Assembly (NCBI RefSeq): GCF_964194025.1
Contig: NC_134478.1
Span: 12,648,001-12,712,000 of the forward strand
Reading direction: 5' to 3'
From: Convolutriloba macropyga
Taxonomy: Eukaryota
DNA: 64,000 bases
Part shown: positions 50,443 to 62,545 of the stretch, piece by piece
Numbering within the stretch: position 1 is the stretch's first letter
How the letters are laid out: every line of letters starts with the position of its first letter
Made by a program: the position numbers and the translations under genes
Notes under the pieces: model-generated
The model's input: only the letters and a program-made list of their open reading frames with translations
What the model was told of the DNA's origin: nothing
Database searches by the model: none

Positions 50443-53400
50443 TCTCAAGATCTGAAAAGATGTAAACTGTACAAGGCTCTTTCGCATTATAAATCCCAAA
50501 CCCTCTTAGCGTATAATCTTAATGGGAGCACATTCGTAGGCAGCATATAAATTTTAAAAACATGGTTAGATTGAAAGAGGTGATTTAGCATGTGCTATGA
50601 AACTGAACAAACGGATTACAATTAACAAATAATTAGAAAACGTACCAAAATTGTGACACTATAGCAATAAAAAGAATGGGAAAATTTTAACAACGAGCAT
50701 AAATAAGAAAATGTGCTTAACATTGAGTACCTAGAAAACCTCAAGGCAGTCAAAACATCTTCAATGTAAAAGCGCTGTCGGCACTTACTTTTTTAAAGCG
50801 AGGTTAAAATGGGTTTTTGCCTTTTTAAGTAAACTATTTAAAAATCAATGGCGGTGCAGCAGGAACTAACTCTTTCAATGGCAGCGTGATGAAAATTTAA
50901 ACTACTTACAATTGAGGACGTAATTGCGTGTGACATATAGAGTCTCGTTTGAAACCTAACTCAAACGGTAAAATCAAAAAAGAAATTGAGGACCTTCTTT
51001 AATATGTCTTCCCTTAAACATCACGGTGATTTAGTTAAGATATTTCAAAAACTTTATCACTGGACACGTCAGCGATCGCAATACACATCTTGTGTGAACA
51101 AGTTGACTGAAGTGTGAAGTACTTAGAAAAAAGGGACATTGTCGTTAATAGACGCTGCAGAACCCCAAACCTCTGATCTATGTGATATCCCATGTGGATT
51201 TTATACGAAAACTCTGATTAGAGTTCCGCGAAAGTTTGTTCATAAAAAGAAACTGGAGCGAATCCTTTATCAACACACATGATAGCAAATCACCCCTTGT
51301 TAAAACAAAATCAATTTATTGTAAATTGTATATAAGTCGATTTGGAGATTCATACAAAAAGTTGCACTTAATGAGGTCTACATACTTAGGTAATACTTCA
51401 CTCAAAACCTTTCAAATGGTGACAGGCGTAAGTTCAACGAAAAATAAAAATCACCAAACAGGATTACGAATATTAAACTAATTTTGAATGACAAATGGGG
51501 GAAACCTAAAAACTTAAAAATTTGTTACACATACATAAAAATCAATCAGAAAAAGTACCAGTTGATATTAATATTTCATGCATAGAGTAATCTCCACGAA
51601 AGCATTTTATATAACAGATTCCTATATTGAAAACTATAGAGAGGTACTAATTAAGGGAATTCTCTTAGCACGTTCAATTTGTACTTATAAGTAGAAAAAC
51701 CCAAAACTTTTAGCTAAAAATGAAAGATGTGACTACCTCACAAAAACTGCGGATGATCACCACTTGGATCTATTCTTGGGCATCTACTTTACTTTGAAAA
51801 TATTAACGACAGGCCATTTGTATATTAAAATTTGCCAATCATTGTTTTTGCTGCCTATTCTACTAATAATTGCTATCAATGAATCAGACCACTAAAAATG
51901 AGCACTTGGCTGGAAGAAACTACAACTTTCGATAGAAACATTTCAAATAAAGAAGTATCCCAATAGAATTGTGTCTCCAAGAATTCGGGTTACCACCAAC
52001 AAGTTTTATATTGACAGTCAAAACATCGTACTCAGTCTTGTTTAAAATGAGATAAATCGTGCCAACTATCAACTTCTTAAATATAGAAGGAGGCTCGCTA
52101 GTCCACCGTGGCACAAAATGTTCCAAAACCGCACATCCACAATCTTGTCTCGATTGTCTACCCGCTGAAGCAGAGATAGACTGCCTCTAAAGCAGTTCAA
52201 TTAGACTAACAATTCTTAAAAAGGACAGACGCCTATACAAAAAGGCTTCAAACCAGTGAGATCACAATTTAATTTCACAATAAAACTCAAACAAACAAAA
52301 CGAGACGCGAAATCAACTCTAATGTAACTTCTCAAGTAGAAAAAAAACGATTTTATAAGTAACAACTAATTTTAACCAAAAAAATCCAAAAATTAAAATC
52401 TATCCTAAAATTAAAATTAAAAACTAAATCTCTAACTGCAATACTTTTTAAGAAATAGGTGTCCTGTACCTAATTTCTATTAGATTTTAAACTCAATTTA
52501 GGTATTTAAGTGAGAGCAGAAATAAAAATTGACCTCTACTCTCACTTAAAATAAATTCAAGAAGGCTAAATCAGATCAAATTCAAATAGAAGTTACCCAA
52601 GCCATACAATCACAAGGTTAGCCATGATTAAGTAGGTCAAGTTTGCCCTTGCAAGGTACCAAGTTTCTTAACAAACATTTGCGGAATCAAGAAACAGAAA
52701 AGATCCTGAAAAACTTGACTTGCTTTGAAAACTTTTCGTTATAATCAAATAGGGAGCCCACAGTAAATTTCAAAACCTAAGCACAAGTACATAGTACTCA
52801 CTATGAAGAAGCTAGGAGCTCTATTTAGGAGATTAATTTACAAGTTGAAAATATTAAGGACAAATTTTCCCCAAAACCTTATTATTTAAGAAACAAATTT
52901 TAAAAACCATTCGTTGTCAAATGGACATATTCAGAAGTTTCATTTATGTCTCCTCAGAAAACCCATTAGACTTGTCAGTAGTCAAAATAATTGATTACTC
53001 TATTTGTTAAAAACCCAAAAACGAAATAACCAAATATAGACATTTTTTAAGACATTAAATGGCGTCAATTTCAAATCTATGACCAGCAATCAAATGAAAG
53101 CTAAATCTATATTCAGCTATAACTCCTTACTGAACTATGAAAATTGAATAAAAGAGAATAAAGATCAAGAAAATAAATAAAAACAAAGACGCTCAGAACT
53201 CAAAAGTCACCTATGTTCTGAAAAAATTGTATCCGGTCAAAAAAGCTATTAACTACCGGCATTCATAAGCTTTATTATTCCGCTGCTCATATCAATCAGG
53301 TCCTTCAAAACTCAGACTATAAACCCTAAAAAAAAGTCTAAGGTCACATCTAAAGCAAAAATCTCTAAAAACTATTTAGCTTAATCAGACCTCGTTAGAA

Positions 53401-54189
53401 CGTCAACGAGCACCTCTTAGTAGTGGGGCTTAGTAACAACACAAAATAAGATCAAATAATAGACAGAAGTTACAAAATTTTAATGAGAACCCGTAGTGTC
53501 AGAATCAACTAAATCATTAATTGCAAGCGGATCAATTTTGACAACCGCATTTATATAAAACTAAGACAAAAACAATGCATTTGATCGACTCATTAGTTCA
53601 TATTTTTAAACTTAGACATTTTAAAAAAACAGGTGTTCATTAAAATGTTAACCAGTGAGACAAATGTTTTAGTTCACTAAAATGAACACAAGATCTAGAG
53701 AATAAAATGGGACCACAGACACAAGATCAAGAATAATGCATTTTCACATTCTGTAAAGAGAATTTTGTCAAGCAAGCAACCAATTTTACCAAACGTCAAA
53801 AAATGAGATCCAGAAAACACCATCTATCTATCTAGTTTCGGACTTAGTAGCAAAACAAAATAACAAAATCGAGAAAATCTGCAACGTTTTAAGAAAAACA
53901 CTCATTTAATAAAACAAAAAGTTTCAAAGGAATTAAGGCCTAAAACCATAAACTCTGAATACTAGTTACGTTTATTTAGACCAAGTGGGAATTTCTATTA
54001 GACCTGTTATTATTGGGACTCAGAAACAACAGAACATGATCAAAATATCAATTGGTAACATTTTAATGAAACTTTCTCTAGTCAAAGTCAGCAAAATCAC
54101 TAGTTACCCACCCACAGACCACTTCAGACAACAACTTAATCACCATTAAAAAAAGCATCGCAACTAGTATACTTCGACAGAGTCCCGAG

Positions 54190-54990
54190 AAAAACCAAAT
54201 CAGAATTTTTTTGCGCGAAAAATAAAACCAAATAGATGACTCTAAAAACCGAAAACTCCACAACCAAATCCAAGAAAGGTTTATAAAAAAACGAACGATG
54301 AGACAAAATAGCCTCGATAATGCCTCAGGGTTACCAAAAACGTAAAAAACCGAAAATGGTAACATAATTGTGCAGAAATTATTTTGAAAATAAGACCAAA
54401 AATGTGAATAAAAACAGAGTGAAAAATGAAACGTTAACAAAAACTTTAACCTGAATTACTCAAAAAAAAAATTTTGAAATCTTTTAAATTTTTCGCTCCA
54501 CGCTGGACGAATTTTCTTGTAATAAAACTCAAATCTCCCAAGTCGGAACGCAAGCGAGGTCGCAACAATTATAAAAGAAAAACCAAATCAGAATTTTTTT
54601 GCGCGAAAAGTAAAACCAAATAGATGACTCTAAAAACCGAAAACTCCACAACCAAATCCAAGAAAGGTTTATACACAGGGTTACCAAAAACGTAAAAAAC
54701 CGAAAATGGTAACATAATTGTGCAGAAATTATTTTGAAAATAAGACCAAAAATGTGAATAAAAACAGAGTGAAAAATGAAACGTTAACAAAAACTTTAAC
54801 CTGAATTACTCAAAAAAAAATTTTGAAATCTTTTAAATTTTTCGCTCCACGCTGGACGAATTTTCTTGTAATAAAACTCAAATCTCCCAAGTCGGAACGC
54901 AAGCGAGGTCGCAACAATTATAACGAATTTTCTTGTAATAAAACTCAAATCTCCCAAGTCGGAACGCAAGCGAGGTCGCAACAATTATAA
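54190..54990. repeat. Local tandem duplication: ~385/345-bp unit twice plus a third 68-bp partial copy
   Basis: aaaaccaaatcagaattttttt...ggtcgcaacaattata occurs at 54190-54573 and 54578-54922; acgaattttcttgtaat...caattata is repeated at 54923-54990. Confidence 0.9.
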
Positions 54991-55684
54991 CGACGCAACA
55001 ATTATGCAGTAACTGTAACCCAATACGGCGCTCTAGTTGTTTACTGCTGAAGTAGCTTATCTTGAAACTCTTCGAATATTTTCCCCAATAAATTACTTCA
55101 AGAAAGACCCAGCGTTGCCATAAAAACTTTTTTTCCAAGATGTTTTTTAATCGGTTTACGAATTACACATGAACTTCAACATAGTTTTGTAGTCAACCAT
55201 CAATCAGCATAAACAATCGTTTGGCTAAAACCTCTTCGAAATGCTGACGGAGTACAAAAAAACCGGAATTGTTTCACGCACCTTGCCTCAACATACAAGT
55301 AGAAAGACGGCCAATGAGAACACGTGGTGCTAACTAGTTTAAAAAAATGCTCAATTATTCATTCGGGGCTTGATAAACTTACAATATGATCGTAATTTCT
55401 TTTCCGAAATGAAACAACTTTGATAATTTTAGTGAATCACATTTGCATATCATTTTGTTCATTTGCTTTTGATTAGGGGCAGTTTATTAAACACACTCCA
55501 GTTGTTTGGTTATCTATTGCGCTTTTACTTGTAAAAATTATTTGGTGCTGTTCACGAAAGTGACACAAATTCGTCTTCCTTTCCGAGAAAACTTTCTTCT
55601 ATACTCTAAATTATGGCAGGACTTCATTTATCATAACTACCTGCGCTATATTAGCATCAGTCTTTGCAACCGGAATTCTCTCAA

Positions 55685-56157
55685 CTAACTCTTATTAATC
55701 AAGAAATAAGATGCAGGCCTCCAATTAATACTGTTCTTTGAATTTCCCTCCGAAGAAGTGACTTCACTAGCCAAATTTCGCTCGAGCAATAAATCTTCGG
55801 GCATTAGCTCTGTTAAATACTTGGCGTGATATCTTATATACGTCACCAGAAAAGCAGCTGCTTCGATTGTTTTTTCTGGCGTTGAGTCCACGTGGGTATT
55901 CGACAAATTTTCCTTTTCCAATACTCCGTCAATTCCTTTGTGATGGTTGTTAAGTATCCATTTATACACAATAGCTGCTAATTCGAGATCCGATTGCAAA
56001 TATCCAATGTCCATGTTGACGAAAAAGTTGCGAAATACTTCGTTCAGGTTTTTCAAATCAGACTTTCTCCAAAATGTGGAAGTTTTTAGAAGTCGGCGTC
56101 TGTCTTCGATATCAGTCCACATGTGTTTTACAAGAAAGTTTCTGCACCGTTTAGAGC
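55685..56157 (-). CDS. UQCC1: Ubiquinol-cytochrome c reductase complex assembly factor 1 (Cbp3), coding exon 2
   Basis: Acceptor attcag then (G)SKRCRNFLVKHMWTDIEDR...SDLELAAIVYK...LVTYIR...EDLLL...INWRP, matching the Cbp3 motifs MWxD, DxxLAAA, LVxYxR and WRP. Confidence 0.88.
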
Positions 56158-56922
56158 CTGAATTAGAAATATTTCCTTTCACCCTGGTAGAACCACACGA
56201 TCTTAAATTGATGAAAATTTGAGGATTTTCCATAACACCCCCTCTACGCCACTGGATAGACTATACTCTCTACGCCACTAATCTGGGGTGCTAATGTGAA
56301 AGACCAATGATTTCCTACCCTTATAAAATTCAGGCGATAATGCATATCTTCTTTTATCTGCATGCTCAACCATGCTCAAGCCGGCGGATAATAATTATTT
56401 CATTATTTAATGCCTAATTCAACACCATGATAAAAATGCCTGCTTTTATTAACAGTTAACTTAACAGTGAAAATTGTTTATTTAACATCATTATCAATTA
56501 AAATTTAGCATGTTTACTCAAACCGACTTTATTAGAGCTAAAAGTGTGCTTAGCATTACAGCCTAGATCAGATCTCAATTTTCGCCGAGGGTATTTATAA
56601 AGGGTAATTAAAAACACGTGTTATTATCAGGTTACGTGACAAAGGTTTCCGGAATATTAGCCGACGTCAAAATTAGCCGAAAAAGTCAAGAGGAGGAACA
56701 TAAGAATTAATAGATGAGGTAATTGATGTAGGCAAACACAAGTGGGACGCGCAATTACCTTAACTCGCTTAACATGAAATTAACAGGGTTTCGGAAAAAA
56801 AACCCATGGAAAAAACTCACCACTTGACTTTTAACGAGTGCGTTCTCAAATCTGATTGGCTAATGTCTCCTTTTCGGCTAATATTCCATTCGGCTAATAT
56901 TCACGGCACCCGTGACAAAATA

Positions 56923-57113
56923 CCCGATGCCAATTACCCAATACGACAAAGCCAAATAACCCAATGCCATAAAATTCAACGTACTCCTATATTTTTTCCT
57001 TCATTACCCCGGATTAGAAATTAGCAGTTTTATCATACTTAAGCAGTTATTTTGATATCATGTTCGGTTCCGATAGTTTCATGTCAAGTCCCACGTGCCG
57101 TTGAGGCGTGGCC
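56923..57113 (+). mobile_element. Non-autonomous repeat family D, in the UQCC1 intron
   Basis: tacccaatgcca microrepeats, then gttcggttccgatagtttcatgtcaagtcccacgtgccgttgaggcgtggcc. Confidence 0.7.
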
Positions 57114-57382
57114 AAATAAACTGTGATCCTACAATTCAAAAAAAAACTGGTAAATAGACTTGAGTATATTATCAAACTCAGGTAGCATGCTTATGCAAAA
57201 TAGTCAGTATAAGTTTGACAATAAGGTTAGATGTTGGGTATTTTGGAACATTGGGTATTTGTCCTAGCACCGTTATCATCGAAACTGAATTTCGTATACA
57301 AAATCGTGCAAATTTGATTGAATTCGATAAATTTATGGTTCCTGTTCAACTACTAATAAGATGAAAGGAAACAGGTTCTAGC

Positions 57383-57845
57383 CTTGATATTGTTGCAAAG
57401 CCATGCTGTATAACCAAACGTGTAGATAAACCAGATAGATCCAAGATGTAAAGCGGTCTGGCATTCCACAGTGTTTCCAGATACCAAAAATATCAGCATT
57501 GTCAATTATATCATTATACACTTTTTTCATCAGCCTCGACTCGACACTCCCTGGTAACACAACTGACCTTAACATTCCATTAAGTGTGGATTTTGATTTC
57601 ATTTTCAAAGGCGGTTTCCAGACTTTTCTGGTCGAGTTGAACTGGAAAGAACTCAGAGGGTTTCGGTTAACTGTGGTTTGCTGGTTAGAATCTATCGTAT
57701 TGCTTTGCAAAATCTGTGGGGAATTATAGAACTGGCGTTTCACTAGAGCTGCTGAGAATATTAATAATTTTTCGCGAGTCCTAAAATTGTTAATATTTCC
57801 CACTTTGAAAATAGGAGATAGAATTGGTTTGCTCCACCGAAGCAT
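57383..57845 (-). CDS. UQCC1: UQCC1 (Cbp3), coding exon 1
   Basis: MLRWSKPILSPIFK (basic, presequence-like) ... CGMPDRFTSWIYLVYLHVWLYSMALQQYQ, matching the PDTFxSWF....LHVW motif. It ends at a GC donor; the spliced product is 311 aa. Confidence 0.88.
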
Positions 57846-58081
57846 GCTTGGAAGCACTTTCACATTTGAATCTAAAATACATTTTTTGCATCAAATAACT
57901 GCAGATTATTTTACGTATGAACCGCGTGCCCTATATTCAAAACTATAACCTACAAATAAAATACGTAATAAAATTAATCATAAATCCTGTCTAGCTCGCA
58001 AAATTCCTACTTATGCAACCATACCAATTTTGGCTGCTCAATGATATGCAAATTCAGGCAGACCACAAATACTATATTTAA

Positions 58082-60485
58082 ACAAGGAGGCTCGGTAATG
58101 TGCGTACGCACATAATGTTCCTACCGCGCTCATCCACATTCTTGACTCAATTGGCTACCAGATAGAGAACTTACTGAAGAGATAGAAAACTTTCAAAAAC
58201 ATACACATCGTTCATTAAACGACCAATGAAATACAAAAATGCCACTCTAGAGGGCCGAGGAAAATTGTTGATAATAGGAATACTAGAAAGGAACATAAGA
58301 AAAATCAAACAACAAACATTATTTACGATCAAAACTCGAAGTAATAAAAAAATCGTAACAATATCAATATTGCCTCAGATAAAAACCAAAACTAAACAAA
58401 CTAACCTATACGTGCGACTGGTTAACCGTTCGAAAAAAGCAGATAGGGGCGAAAGTCAAATACTTCCATTTTTTTTAAAACAATTAATTTCACAGTTATT
58501 AATATCATTAGATATTAACTGAAATCATTTATTCATTTATATCTACATAGGAAGCAATTGAGTCAAGTCATTATCCAATGTTCGATAGCGCAAAATCTCA
58601 AAGCCAATGGGATTGACGATTGTTATAATTTAAAAAGAAACCAAAAATACTTTGAAATGTACAATATAAAAAGATAACATTTGACGAAATCTCGTGGTAA
58701 CAGTAGTAACAAAGCTGCGAAAATGTTTCAAGCGAAAACCATTCTAAGAAGTAAATTATAGCTAACTGGAAACGGTTTGTGACTTGTGTTTACAGAGACT
58801 GAGGTACAAATCGATCGAAAAGGTATTTAAAAAAGACGAAGCTCAAAAACCCAAACTTATTTTTGAAAACAATTATTTTCAAAAGTCGTATCAGAATTAG
58901 GATTACAACAAAAAGAGATGAACAACACCTCACGAAACCAATTAGGCATGTTAAAAATCAGACTAAGTCACGCGCCCACAAAAAAACAAATTCATAAAGA
59001 AGCCAAAACTTCAAAGAATTTTACAACATGACACTGTTCAAGGCACTATAATTAAAAGATGTTACCCATAAGAAATGTGAATCGTCAATTTCCCATCACC
59101 TTAACATCAACGATTCTTCCTTATAAAACGACTACTTAGACATGACACCACAAAGAAATCCAAAAATTGAACAGTATAGAAATCTCGAAAACTTTTTATG
59201 AAACTGAATGGTCGAAGCAATCAGTCAAACGTAAAGCCCAGCGCGACAAAAATGTTTGAATGAACAAAAGTAATTGGGACTTCTAATGAGTAAGATTGAG
59301 TTACATGGTGACGAAAAAAAGCAAAGAGGAGACATGAAAAAAATTTTTTAATTTAACTTGAATTCACCGATATTTTCTCAAAACAAATATATTCGAAGTC
59401 ATAAGACATTAGATAAAAACTGAAAAATGTCTAGGTTTTTTTTATACCTTCTAAAAGCTAACTGGATCTTTGAGCGGGGACACTAAGTCATTGGGCTACA
59501 CAAAGTATAAAAAATGAAAGCAAAACCCAAGAAGTCCATAAAATTTTTACGAAAACAATTGACCAGAGCCATGAAAACCATGATCTTAACTCTGAAGCCA
59601 TAAAAAAATCTCGTTAGGTCTCATTTATTGTCAATAGTTTCAATCAATAATTGAGCCCTGATATGAAATTAGTCCGTAATTTATATAAAAAACATTTACA
59701 TAGTGGAAATGTTTTGAAAAAAAGGTCGCGCCCCATTTAAAATCTAAAAAATTTTTATCGTAAGGATCCATGGTGGGATCAAGATCAGCCCAGATATTGC
59801 TGCGCGTTTAGCAAAACACTCAATTGTTGAAATGGTTGCCAAATAGATCAATTCTGTAAAAAAAATTTTTAGTTTGTCAAAAATAAACAATCCGTTTTGA
59901 ATAATTATCGAGTCTAAATCTGCACAACATATGCAAAATTATAAATCCAGAAGACTCAAGCGAAGGGGAGTACATCTAGCTGTTTTCCGAGCTTAATAAG
60001 AATATAGCTATAGTTTTAAGGTGTCTACTTCCAGCAAATTTAGAGCAAGTGTGATAAAAAGGCCATTTTTTCGACGAAAAAAGTCTGATTTTGAAAAATT
60101 TATCATAAGTTCTAGCCAAAAACTCGGATCGAACAATTCAGCAACCCTATTCATAAATTAAATAACACTACAGTTAACAATCTTAACATAATTTAGCAAA
60201 ATTGACAAAAATTTGGTCAAAATTGACGAAAAACTTGTCAAAAAAGTGAAAAAAAAAACAGCCGAATTACTTCTAATATTGACAAAATTTTAAACATCGA
60301 AAACTCTATAAAAAGCAAAAATTGAAAAAAAAAATCTTTTTGATTCCGAATTCTACGCTGGACGGGCTTTCTAACGATACCACTCATAACTCTCTACGAA
60401 TTATTATATCGATCGGCCGAAATTGTCTGAACAGAAAAAAACCATTTGAGTATATAGTCCCCCCCCTCAAGAGCGGTCGGAACAA
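58082..60485 (-). mobile_element. Helentron-like non-autonomous element, family B, copy 3
   Basis: acaaggaggctcggta-atgtgcgtacgcacat-aatgttcctacc at the left; conserved right end finishing ggtcggaacaa. Confidence 0.7.
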
Positions 60486-62218
60486 ACATAGCTAACTTGG
60501 ATTAACACAGGAAAATATAAATTGAAATAGCCTGCATATTAGCACATTTCCCCGTTCGTAGTTGCCAAATACACACATTATATATGCAAAAACAATACAC
60601 CGGCATCAAAAAAATTACTTAGATGAAAATTCTAGATATTTCTGAAAGCATACATATTAGAACTGTATTAGATGTCAATCTGAAGAGCTTTTAAAAAATT
60701 CATGCAATACATTTGAACAACCAGCAGTGGGCAAAGCCATGCACAGCGAGCAAACCATTTTAATTTATCCGTGAAGTTTCCAGTTTAAACATAAGCTCAG
60801 TCGAAACAAGCCAAAATACAGCAATCAAAAATCTAATTAATAAGATTTTATTAATTAGATCTAATTAAAATCTAAATAATTAGATCTAATTAACTAGTTA
60901 ACCGACTCAATAAAAAACAGTGATAAATGAAAATGAGAAAAGATTGAAATTGATCCAGGCATCCGTGTGATTACTGAAAATTTGTGGTTTTTGCAGTTCG
61001 ATCTGTTTCAACCCGGATTTTTTAAACCTCTATCTCTAACCACCCCGCGTCAGTGAAACTCTCAAACTAGTCACCCCATCCTATTTCACCTATTTTAATC
61101 TATTTCGGCAGCCAAATAAACATTTAGCAAAAAAAAACAAAAGTTGAAAGGATTAAGAAGTCAACAAAGTTGACAATGGATAAGAACATCGGACAACGAC
61201 AACTTTGCGATCGCAGCTTCAGCCCGCAAACTAGATTTGTTGAAAATTTAACTTGAAAACTAGACAATTTAACGAACTACACCCTTAACCAAAACCAGCC
61301 ATTAGACAAAAATGACGTCTTTCATGCTGAATTGGAAAACTTTTTAAACACCGGGAATATAAAAATGTCGACCTGAGAGCTCCTACAATGATTAGCTTTG
61401 AAAGTGTTTCCTTTGACGCTGAGAAATTTAAATTAAATTTGGTTTTCATGGAAGAGCGCATTGCGAAGAAACTTTCGGTACAAGGCAGTAAAGCTGAGGC
61501 AACAACTTAATTGCTCTAATTTTCTAAAGTTTTTCTAATTTTTTTTACAAAGCCTCTTAGTTTCTCTCAAGTTTGAGCAATTAAACCAGAAATTAAATTT
61601 GGGGTAAAATTATAGGCTGCGAGATTTAGGGAACACAATTTACAAATCTTCATTTCATCCCACTTTTAATCTCTACATTAGTGGTCTAACACCCCTAAAT
61701 ACTCTCATCGAGAGCGCCTTAAAACCGGGGGTAACAAATTGTACGGATTAAATACTGGTGGTGCTAAATCATGCTTAGATTAAAAACTGAGTTAAGTAAA
61801 AAGGGATTTAAAAATTGGACACCGTTTTGGTATTAAGGGAGGATTTAAATCTATTGTTTGATCACGGGAAATCAGGTTTTTATTAAAAAAAACAACTCTT
61901 GCTCCGTTTCGCGGAGCGATGATGCCATTTTTTGTGTTCCAAGTACTGAAAATGCTTATCACCTGATATATTCGTTTCTCATGGGTTAAAAAATTGCATT
62001 CGCATCTACGGAAAATCCCGTCATTACGCCGCAGAATTTTATTGAGCGCAACCTTATCGAAAAGTGTTTTGTGTGACTTTGTTTTTTTTTAATTCTTTTT
62101 AGATATTACTCAAAACAAGCAAACAGCAAAAATAATGAAAAATTTTTTGAAAACAAAAAGTACTTTGAGAAATTTCAAAAATTAAAGCAGAAAATTGTAC
62201 ATACATTCATAAACCTTG

Positions 62219-62475
62219 TTAATTTAACTTTTCCTTCTCCCATTGGATAATATTTCTGTTCTTGATTACAACTTTCAAGTTGTACCGCTTCCTCACTCGC
62301 TCTTTCCACATTGTCAACCAAGGATAAGATGCTTTGAAATCTTTATATCCCAAAAGATGTGCCTCCTCAGTAGCAGCCTTCCTCAATGCTTCATTTGAGA
62401 CTGTGATTAAATTGTCTACAGTTACACATCTGTTGAAAAGACGCTCGTCCAGTTCTTTGTATCTAGACCACTCAG
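62219..62475 (-). CDS. Terminal exon encoding a CENP-B/Tc5-type helix-turn-helix domain
   Basis: Acceptor gtttcag then EWSRYKELDERLFNRC...VSNEALRKAATEEAHLLGYKDFKASYPWLTMWKER...*, matching YxELxxxL...LxxxAxxxAxxLGxxxFKASxxWLxxFK. Upstream exons were not located. Confidence 0.75.
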
Positions 62476-62545
62476 CTGAAACAATTATAACCTCATTTAT
62501 AAGCGTATTTTGTTTCCTTGGAGAATATAACATAAATCGAACATA

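Noticed and set aside
51920-52126. 68-aa minus-strand ORF between UQCC1 and COPZ1
   Set aside because: No recognisable motif and no convincing splice sites or ATG start.
56158-56233. N-terminal part of the 182-aa ORF (MENPQIF...) as a separate gene start
   Set aside because: It lies inside the UQCC1 intron; homology begins at the acceptor at 56157.
55947-57729. Plus-strand ORFs at 55947 and 57499 (also 37743, 44526, 47776, 62334)
   Set aside because: Antisense shadows of real minus-strand exons.
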